Position numbers and translations under genes: made by a program. From the IMG/VR virus record IMGVR_UViG_3300046779_002061, positions 1-41,466 of that record: 41,466 nucleotides of DNA, one strand, 5' to 3'. The notes under the pieces were generated by a model. The model worked only from the letters and a program-made list of their open reading frames with translations, searched no databases and had not been told where the DNA came from. Positions within the stretch are counted from its first letter, which is position 1, and each line of letters begins with the position of its first letter. Source of the stretch: a virus (Duplodnaviria > Caudoviricetes). Below, piece by piece: positions 35,497 to 41,466 of the stretch.

Positions 35497-36405
35497 TTAG
35501 TAACCCCGATTTTGTCGAGGGGGCTTAGCAACGGTGGTTGGTCGCTCCCAATCGGTGATCCATTTTTTGTTTGCTTCAAGATACTCGGCAACTTTCCGTC
35601 GGTGCTCGAGTATTTCGGGACTGAGTCGTTCTTCTCCATCGGTCTGCTCCTCTTCTGCAGGTTTGGTGATACGCTTGTACTGGTCAATCATGCCCGCAAT
35701 ATTTCGTGGATTCCAGCCACTGGCTATCCAGTCGCGAATGGCTTTCTGCCAAGTGGCGATATCATCACTACGGACTTCGGTGATAATTCGGTCTCGAGTG
35801 GCGTAGGGTGGAGTGAGGCGGGCGATATCACGATACGCCATAATCCGTGAATCGTCAAGGCGATCGTCTCGAGTCTCAGATAATTTCACTTTTGGCGAAT
35901 CATCAGGTACTTCGAGCGCAACCGCTGTTGCACTCTTCTTTGTTTCTTTCTTCTTTGTTTCTCTTTTGTTTATATCTTTCTTTTGTGTGTTCAAATTTGG
36001 CACTACCCCCTGTTCAAAATTTGAACTACCTACTGGTTCAATTTTGGCACTAGGTGGTTCAATTTCTGAACTACCTAGTTCAGATTTTGCACTACCCAAA
36101 TCTGAACTACCCTGTTCAATTTCTGCACTACCATGCGTGATGCGATAAGTGTAGACTGACACGCCATTCACAGTCTGCTCACGGCGAATGACGGCGTCGC
36201 ACTCTACCAGCTCACGCAGTGCGCGGATCACCGAGTTCTTCGATAGGCCAGTCATCTGAATAAACTGACTAATCGAGATGGTGTCCTCGGTGCGATGCCA
36301 CCCAATGGTTTGGCGCACAATGACTGCATGGACCTTGTATGCAGCTGGCGACACCTTGGCCATGAGCTCATCCACTATGACATTTGGAACGGCGTGCCAT
36401 GACAT
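35497..36405 (-). CDS. Replication initiator (lambda O-like)
   Basis: VPN.IVD...IVRQTIGW...D.ISISQF..MTGLS..SVIRAL.EL winged HTH; internal iterons. Confidence 0.88.
   Translation of the reverse strand: MSWHAVPNVIVDELMAKVSPAAYKVHAVIVRQTIGWHRTEDTISISQFIQMTGLSKNSVIRALRELVECDAVIRREQTVNGVSVYTYRITHGSAEIEQGSSDLGSAKSELGSSEIEPPSAKIEPVGSSNFEQGVVPNLNTQKKDINKRETKKKETKKSATAVALEVPDDSPKVKLSETRDDRLDDSRIMAYRDIARLTPPYATRDRIITEVRSDDIATWQKAIRDWIASGWNPRNIAGMIDQYKRITKPAEEEQTDGEERLSPEILEHRRKVAEYLEANKKWITDWERPTTVAKPPRQNRGY
35935..36132. repeat. Replication origin: ~7 iterons (consensus GTTCAATTTYTG[A/C]ACTACC) next to a T-rich tract
   Basis: Copies start near 35989, 36012, 36036, 36057, 36078, ~36097 (partial), 36114; strand-asymmetric AT tract 35935-35988. 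Confidence 0.82.
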
Positions 36406-36406
36406 A

Positions 36407-36613
36407 CTACCCTCGCTTTGATTCTGGTTGCTCTACCTGTGATTCCCGCTCGTGCGCCTCGAGGCCCTTGATGAGGAGCAAGTGAATCATCTGTGTACGA
36501 CTGAATGTCGGGATGATCTTCCCCATGTCTCGTGTCGCATCCTCCACGCGCTTGAGTAAGCCCTTGTCGATGCGTACACCGACGATAGTTGTATTATCCG
36601 TTGCGGACATCAT
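36407..36613 (-). CDS. Ribbon-helix-helix-like regulator
   Basis: IVGVRIDKGLLKRVE...SRTQMIHLLLIKGL. Confidence 0.65.
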   Translation of the reverse strand: MMSATDNTTIVGVRIDKGLLKRVEDATRDMGKIIPTFSRTQMIHLLLIKGLEAHERESQVEQPESKRG

Positions 36614-37103
36614 ATCCTCCCTTAGTGGCTTCGTCCCACTGTGCCTTCGTCCAATTATTCATCACGCCAGACCACTTACTCTGATTCACGGCCGCATAAT
36701 CAGCAAGCGCATAAGGCATGTCATATGCTCGTGCGATATGCCACGCTGCAACCTCGTAGAAGTCTCGCACGACCACACATTTCCACCCCCGATTTACAAG
36801 TTCATTCATGTACCACGCTTGTGTGTGAGTGAGCTTGTTGTTGCCAACCTTGAGCTCGAGTGCCATGCCGTGATAAAGATGACCATCACCATCGCTATCA
36901 CAGATAGCCACAGGGATCATCACATCAGGCACGCCCGGCCGTACACCCTCACGCTTGAGTCGCTCGGCAGTACTGATATGCCGATGACCTCCGTTTGCTG
37001 GATGGAATGCGAGGCGCATGAACGGGTACTCAAGTGCCATGCCATCAATCCAGCTAAACAGGTGCGATTGCATTGCTGATTCGTTCCACGCTACCCGCGC
37101 CAT
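36594..37103 (-). CDS. VRR-NUC (PD-(D/E)XK) nuclease, likely Holliday junction resolvase
   Basis: ESAMQ, FHPANGG.R, LKREGVRPGVPD, LELK...KL...Q..W motifs. Confidence 0.85.
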   Translation of the reverse strand: MARVAWNESAMQSHLFSWIDGMALEYPFMRLAFHPANGGHRHISTAERLKREGVRPGVPDVMIPVAICDSDGDGHLYHGMALELKVGNNKLTHTQAWYMNELVNRGWKCVVVRDFYEVAAWHIARAYDMPYALADYAAVNQSKWSGVMNNWTKAQWDEATKGGYDVRNG

Positions 37104-37213
37104 CGCCGACCCCCTGCATTCCGTACGGCCACGGCAAGCATGAGCGTCGCCGCGCCAATCACAAGTCCGCCGATGCATCCACCAATAGCAATTGCCACAT
37201 CTCGAATAGTCAT
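37091..37213 (-). CDS. 40-aa single-TM protein (not in ORF track)
   Basis: GAAAGGAG SD; MTIRDVAIAIGGCIGGLVIGAATLMLAVAVRNAGGRRWRG. Confidence 0.65.
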   Translation of the reverse strand: MTIRDVAIAIGGCIGGLVIGAATLMLAVAVRNAGGRRWRG

Positions 37214-37242
37214 AGGTCGCTCCTTTCACATTGACCAACATT

Positions 37243-37271
37243 ATCATAACACATAATTGCAAGTGGTGTAA
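37243..37271 (-). promoter_or_regulatory. Leftward promoter for the replication block
   Basis: Minus strand TTACAC-17 bp-TATGAT with TGn extension. Confidence 0.5.
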
Positions 37272-37281
37272 TACTTGTGTG

Positions 37282-37310
37282 TTGACAGTGTTGTGTATGT
37301 GTGATACCAT
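37282..37310 (+). promoter_or_regulatory. Rightward sigma70-type promoter
   Basis: TTGACA-17 bp-TACCAT with TGn extension. Confidence 0.75.
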
Positions 37311-37337
37311 GACGCCATCATACAGACAGGAGGTGTG

Positions 37338-37643
37338 ATGAAAGCGAAAATCGCGTTATCTCGACGGCATGAGATAACTGACATCGAGGGTCGGGCGACC
37401 CAACGCGCGATTATGGCGGCGAATGACTACGCACGGCAGGCGCGCATCCCCGTAGTGTTTGAGGTTAAGGCGAGTAGGGATGCTCACAGGAACGAGGATT
37501 CGTGCCAAATCCAGCGAGGCGACCGTTGGATGTATGTTGGGAAGTTCAAAGAGTCGCCATCATCCATCCCGCAAGTGATCCGCGATGTATACGACATTGT
37601 GACGCGGGTTGAGGAAGCACATCGGGGGTTATATGGAGACTGA
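37338..37643 (+). CDS. Hypothetical protein
   Basis: AGGAGGT SD. Confidence 0.75.
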   Translation: MKAKIALSRRHEITDIEGRATQRAIMAANDYARQARIPVVFEVKASRDAHRNEDSCQIQRGDRWMYVGKFKESPSSIPQVIRDVYDIVTRVEEAHRGLYGD

Positions 37644-37833
37644 CCTCGACAAGGAGCTAGAGTACAAGCGCAGGGAGTTGCGTTGGGTACGAGAGAATCC
37701 GCGGTACATCATCGGGATAGGACTCGACCAGTGGAAGAAAGAGCAGGAGCTCGTGGTCGAGGTTGCATTCCTGCTACGGTTGCGGCGATTGCGCAAGTCA
37801 GAGCATCGAATTGATAGAAACGAAGAGGAATGA
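37633..37833 (+). CDS. Hypothetical protein
   Basis: GGGGG SD-like run; METDLD start. Confidence 0.6.
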   Translation: METDLDKELEYKRRELRWVRENPRYIIGIGLDQWKKEQELVVEVAFLLRLRRLRKSEHRIDRNEEE

Positions 37834-37834
37834 C

Positions 37835-37942
37835 ATGTACGACTATTCAGAATTTTGGCTGTATTTGGGTGGCACGTTGGTTTGGGCTTTGCTGACGTAT
37901 GGGTATGTGGTCATCAAAAATAAGATTCAGGGTGGTAAATGA
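37835..37942 (+). CDS. 35-aa single-TM protein (not in ORF track)
   Basis: GAGGA SD; MYDYSEFWLYLGGTLVWALLTYGYVVIKNKIQGGK; fills gap exactly. Confidence 0.6.
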   Translation: MYDYSEFWLYLGGTLVWALLTYGYVVIKNKIQGGK

Positions 37943-38208
37943 TGCCAGTAGAAGTGATTCGCGAAAACCAGACGCACATGACAGCGTTTAGTGAGCTCGC
38001 ACGCTCGGTCATGCAGCAGTACAACAGCGATGAGCTGTGGCGTGTTGAGGTGATGGTCGGCAACGAAACTTTCGAGGCATGTAGTGAGGGTTCGCTTGGT
38101 CAAGCAGAAGGCAAGATGCGTGGCAAGCTGTCCGCACGCCGCGCTAAGCTGATTGCACAGCTGGCGATTATTGATGAGGCCATGCGCCAACTTGAGGAGG
38201 AGAAGTAA
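37939..38208 (+). CDS. Hypothetical protein
   Basis: Coupled ORF, C-terminal coiled coil. Confidence 0.7.
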   Translation: MMPVEVIRENQTHMTAFSELARSVMQQYNSDELWRVEVMVGNETFEACSEGSLGQAEGKMRGKLSARRAKLIAQLAIIDEAMRQLEEEK

Positions 38209-38577
38209 ATGTCAGACGAGATGAACACACAAGACGTACAAGCGTACAACCCGGTCGCCATGGATGAGCTGCACGACGCACTCAACCAGTACTTCGAGAT
38301 TGAGTCCGAGATTAAGGCCATCGAGTACACCAAGGCTGAGGTGCGGGCACGCATCGAGATTCTCGCCAAGGATCTCGGCGGTAAAGCGAAGATTGACCAC
38401 GTTGGCAGCGTGCAGGTTGTGCCAGCTAGTGAATCGCATAGCTACGACACCAAGGCACTCGACAAACTCGTGGAGATTATGATTGAGGATGGAGAGTTGC
38501 ACACGGCCAAGCGCATCATGACGTGTCGCAAAACGGTCGAGCGCAAGGAAACGCTCCGCATCGTTGGCGCAAAATAA
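38209..38577 (+). CDS. Hypothetical protein, weak resemblance to Gam/Gp157-like recombination-module proteins
   Basis: GAGGAG SD; coiled coil then beta strands and YDTKAL. Confidence 0.5.
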   Translation: MSDEMNTQDVQAYNPVAMDELHDALNQYFEIESEIKAIEYTKAEVRARIEILAKDLGGKAKIDHVGSVQVVPASESHSYDTKALDKLVEIMIEDGELHTAKRIMTCRKTVERKETLRIVGAK

Positions 38578-38634
38578 CTGCATCGTGGGCGGCGTTCACT
38601 CGAGCGTCGCCCGCCATCGTTGAAAGGAAATATC

Positions 38635-38817
38635 ATGGACATGTGGATGTTTTTCTTTGGCACGTTGGTGGTCATCATCTCGGCAGGGATTCCGCTCATT
38701 CAGGTGTGGCACGCTGAAGTCAAGCGGTCGAACGACTGGCACCACCGTATGATGACCGACGCCTACAACCGCGGATGGAATGAGGCGATCGAGGCGATTA
38801 AGGAGGAGCGGAAGTGA
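38635..38817 (+). CDS. Small TM protein
   Basis: GAAAGGA SD; TM helix, AYNRGWNEA motif. Confidence 0.7.
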   Translation: MDMWMFFFGTLVVIISAGIPLIQVWHAEVKRSNDWHHRMMTDAYNRGWNEAIEAIKEERK

Positions 38818-39218
38818 TTGCAAAAGAAAGTTTCACACCACCGCAATACTACATCACCGTAGATATCTCCCCTGCGTTATCTGTTGGCGTGATGTCGCCT
38901 GACGGTGTGCGCGCCATGATTGACAAGGACTTGGAGAGTTACTGCTTTCACTCATTCCGTGGACTGCCAGCAAAGAAGCGCAAAGAGCTCACCGAGCACA
39001 CTATAAAGATTGCAAAGGAAATTGAATATAGGTATGAAATTGGTATTTTTTGGCGCACGTTTCGCGTTGAGTATGTGGCGGCAATCATTGCAGAGGCTGC
39101 AAAGTATGGATTTCATGTAGAGTATGTTGATGGCATTGAGGTGCACATCCTGCGCACATACTCTCTCGACAAGGTAAATCGATTCATTGATGTATGTAGG
39201 CAGGTGAAGTATGAGTGA
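38814..39218 (+). CDS. Hypothetical protein
   Basis: AAGGAGG SD; GTGA coupling. Confidence 0.7.
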   Translation: MIAKESFTPPQYYITVDISPALSVGVMSPDGVRAMIDKDLESYCFHSFRGLPAKKRKELTEHTIKIAKEIEYRYEIGIFWRTFRVEYVAAIIAEAAKYGFHVEYVDGIEVHILRTYSLDKVNRFIDVCRQVKYE

Positions 39219-39399
39219 TGATGCACGCAATGCATTCGTGGCGGACTTGGCCCTGCTCGTGTCAGTGCTACGCCTTGAGTACCCAAACAAGACTACCAAA
39301 GAGCTCACGGTTATGGCGCTCCGTGAGATGCATCAGGCACGAGTCGCAGCGCAACAGGCTGACGATCACAAGGAGGACGACGATGCAGGGAATGTTTGA
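39211..39399 (+). CDS. Hypothetical protein
   Basis: AGGTGA SD. Confidence 0.65.
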   Translation: MSDDARNAFVADLALLVSVLRLEYPNKTTKELTVMALREMHQARVAAQQADDHKEDDDAGNV

Positions 39400-39712
39400 T
39401 TTACCGACGGTCGAGAAGCTTTCGAGCTGGCACGGCCACGAGCGCTGGATGTGTGGCAAGTGGGTGATCCTGCACGGCATCACGAGTCTCGAGGTGCGCT
39501 ACGATGGTATGGAGATTGTGCGCCTGCAGTGTGACACGATTGAGCAGGCCGTCAAGGCGCGTCAGGCATTATTCGTATACTTGCCAACCTCCACGCACGC
39601 ACACCAGCTCTACCACGCACTCGGATTCACCGATGCAAACGGAATCTCAATCGACTTCCAGACGCCACACCAGCGCATGGAGAAGTGGCTGATATGGGCG
39701 AGGTCACTATGA
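39383..39712 (+). CDS. Hypothetical protein
   Basis: AAGGAGG SD; MQGMFD start. Confidence 0.7.
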   Translation: MQGMFDLPTVEKLSSWHGHERWMCGKWVILHGITSLEVRYDGMEIVRLQCDTIEQAVKARQALFVYLPTSTHAHQLYHALGFTDANGISIDFQTPHQRMEKWLIWARSL

Positions 39713-39900
39713 GCGCACGAGATGAGTATGCAATCGCACGTGTGGAGTTGGCACGACTACGGGACAACCACACCCGCGCCTCGGCTCGGGGAGATCGGGC
39801 AATCGCACTCGCCTATAGCCAGCGCATTGCTGAACATCTGGCCATGATGGCACGCATCGAGCGTCGCATCATACGTGAGGGTGATTCGCACGCACGATAA
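39709..39900 (+). CDS. Hypothetical helical protein
   Basis: ATGA-coupled; GAGGT SD. Confidence 0.65.
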   Translation: MSARDEYAIARVELARLRDNHTRASARGDRAIALAYSQRIAEHLAMMARIERRIIREGDSHAR

Positions 39901-39901
39901 C

Positions 39902-39963
39902 CATTTTCGTGGCGTCACGAAAATGATACCCCTATCCTGCCAACGTTGACAGGATAGGGGTAT
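39902..39963. repeat. Two abutting palindromes: CATTTTCGTG-GCGT-CACGAAAATG (39902-39925) and a 38-bp near-perfect palindrome (39926-39963)
   Basis: Direct reading; the second has one mismatched pair (C39940/A39949) and covers the -35 box. Confidence 0.92.
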
Positions 39964-39974
39964 TATAGTATACT
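39946..39974 (+). promoter_or_regulatory. Strong sigma70-type promoter
   Basis: TTGACA-17 bp-TATACT; shares GTATTATAGTATA with the 5725 promoter. Confidence 0.88.
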
Positions 39975-40014
39975 AACCGTAGGCTCGATTATGTACTGAA
40001 GAGGAGTACACACC

Positions 40015-40359
40015 ATGGCTGTTATCAACATCCCCGCATCCGCGCCCATCTGGCGCAAAGCAACCCACCTGACCGCACAATCAACCGTTATCGACATCTT
40101 CGAGGCCGCATGCTACGTCGTGTGGGCTTCGGGGGAGTGGCACAAGGCCACACGCGCCACCCAGCGTTGTAAGGCTGTCGCCAAGCTGTGCGGCCTGCCA
40201 GACGCCCGCTACGTCGAGCTGTGGCGTGTCGTGCAGGACTACCACGGCATCGTGCGCCAACTCGAGCGCTCAACAGCCTTGGGCGCTATTCGCTTCGAGG
40301 GAGAAGTCCCCTCGACCACGTTCCGCCATCGTGGCTGGAACACTGAAACAGGAGTATAA
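40015..40359 (+). CDS. Early hypothetical protein
   Basis: AGAGGAG SD in leader hairpin. Confidence 0.8.
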   Translation: MAVINIPASAPIWRKATHLTAQSTVIDIFEAACYVVWASGEWHKATRATQRCKAVAKLCGLPDARYVELWRVVQDYHGIVRQLERSTALGAIRFEGEVPSTTFRHRGWNTETGV

Positions 40360-40360
40360 C

Positions 40361-40555
40361 ATGGCTCAAGCCAAGAAGGGCGAAACCCCCAAGGTTCTGT
40401 CCGTCGTACTGTACGATCAGGAGCGCAAGGCCCTCGAGCGCATCATGGCGCTCATGTCGGCCAACGGCTCGCGCCCAACCAAGGGCGATGCCATCCGCAC
40501 GGTCATCCAGATGATTGATAAGCAGTTGAGTGCTGCCAAGGAGCAAACAAAATGA
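40361..40555 (+). CDS. Ribbon-helix-helix-like regulator
   Basis: VLSVVLYDQERKALERI...TKGDAIRTVI; AGGAG SD. Confidence 0.65.
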   Translation: MAQAKKGETPKVLSVVLYDQERKALERIMALMSANGSRPTKGDAIRTVIQMIDKQLSAAKEQTK

Positions 40556-41205
40556 GCTATCAAAAACAGGGTGGCGACCGCTACGCAAACTACATCGGCG
40601 TGAATCAGCGCATCCAGTCGGCCAAGAAGGACATCGTCAGCGTCATCACGACCGACCCAATCCTGTTCGCAGGAAGTGATGTGTTCGGCTACGTGCGTGC
40701 CACGATTACTCTCAACGATGGCCGCATGGCAACGGCAATTGCCTCGTTCCGCCTGAATGCCACGGCAGGCGCCCAAAAGACGCACCCATTCGAGGATGCC
40801 GAATCGTCAGCTATTGGCCGTGCACTCGCGTTCTTGGGCTACCATGTCGACAAAGCCATCGCCAGTGCAGAGGAAGTGCAAGAGGCACACGCACGCGAAG
40901 AAGAGGATGCACAGCTCGAGCAGGAGCGGGCTACCGCCCAATCGCACAAAGAAAAGCTTGAGCTTGGTCGGTCGGCCGTACGTGAGATGATCGCAGAGTG
41001 CCAAGCCTACGGCATTAAGCCTGATAGCTATCCAAAGTTCCGCAAAATCGTGGACATGAGCGTCGATGAGCTCCGCGCCTTCTACCGCTGGATGGATGGA
41101 GAAATCAAGAGCGCACAGCAGGCCGTACAATCCGCGCCTGATGAGGACTTGGACCAGCTCCATGAGGAGGTCATGGCGACGGCTGCAGAGATGGGAGTGA
41201 AGTGA
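40552..41205 (+). CDS. Single-strand annealing recombinase (Rad52/Sak-like)
   Basis: Y..VNQRI, VRATI, EDAESSAIGRALAFLG, IAS.EEV. Confidence 0.72.
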   Translation: MSYQKQGGDRYANYIGVNQRIQSAKKDIVSVITTDPILFAGSDVFGYVRATITLNDGRMATAIASFRLNATAGAQKTHPFEDAESSAIGRALAFLGYHVDKAIASAEEVQEAHAREEEDAQLEQERATAQSHKEKLELGRSAVREMIAECQAYGIKPDSYPKFRKIVDMSVDELRAFYRWMDGEIKSAQQAVQSAPDEDLDQLHEEVMATAAEMGVK

Positions 41206-41393
41206 TGCGTGCATCTGTCCTCATCATTATCGTTATGGTTGTAGTAGCGTGGATGCTTGCCATCCCGCTACTCATCCTCCTCGCACTCGATGCGATTATG
41301 CCGGGCGCAATCGCCGTCAATCAGTGGTCATATCTCGGCATGCTGTTCATCCTGCTCATTGTGGGCGGGATGATGCGCCAAGGTGGGAAGTGA
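41205..41393 (+). CDS. Small membrane protein, second allele of 369-557
   Basis: Four amino-acid differences from the 369-557 product. Confidence 0.85.
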   Translation: MRASVLIIIVMVVVAWMLAIPLLILLALDAIMPGAIAVNQWSYLGMLFILLIVGGMMRQGGK

Positions 41394-41466
41394 TGCTCGA
41401 CCTATCTACACTCAACATCCAACGCTGGCCTGATGAGATTCCGCTTTGGGCAATTGATCGTGGCCC

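Larger units (their letters stand above)
1..41466. mobile_element. Complete or near-complete siphovirus-like bacteriophage genome (circular contig)
   Basis: Terminase, portal, protease, capsid, tail, tape measure, lysis and replication genes in phage order; end overlaps start; no housekeeping host genes. Confidence 0.95.

Noticed and set aside
35490-35687. Long N-terminal extension of the DnaC-like ORF
   Set aside because: Overlaps the initiator gene in another frame; the ATG at 35489 just after the initiator stop is more plausible
41340-41466. Biological direct terminal repeat
   Set aside because: Exactly 127 bp, lies mid-gene and is not at the contig start; typical of an assembler k-mer overlap

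Overview
Apparently complete ~41 kb tailed dsDNA (siphovirus-like) phage genome. The contig is circular: its last 127 bp (41340-41466) exactly repeat 504-630, and the two ends carry two alleles of one locus, with and without a precisely inserted 332-bp gene. Modules: small early/accessory genes; nucleotide metabolism (ThyX, dCTP deaminase, HD-like protein, metallophosphoesterase, HAD phosphatase); lysis (holin-like genes, Amidase_2 endolysin); packaging and head (TerS, TerL, portal, MuF-like, 930-aa multidomain prohead protease, scaffold, major capsid); glycosyltransferases plus a DUF1360-like gene; a long non-contractile tail; a minus-strand lambda-like replication block (O-like initiator with iterons, DnaC-like loader, VRR-NUC); and a Rad52/Sak-like recombinase. 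No integrase, tRNA or CRISPR was recognised. The most notable signals are non-coding or hidden: a complete type II hammerhead ribozyme inside an early operon (6158-6228); a repeated SD-in-loop leader hairpin; a candidate ~200-nt structured RNA; paired DNA palindromes resembling those within KilA-N, RhuM and DinD genes; a start-less tail chaperone extension needing a +1/-2 frameshift; a protease polyprotein with Lys-delimited modules; and an apparently chimeric terminase. Product calls come from motif recognition by eye, not database searches.
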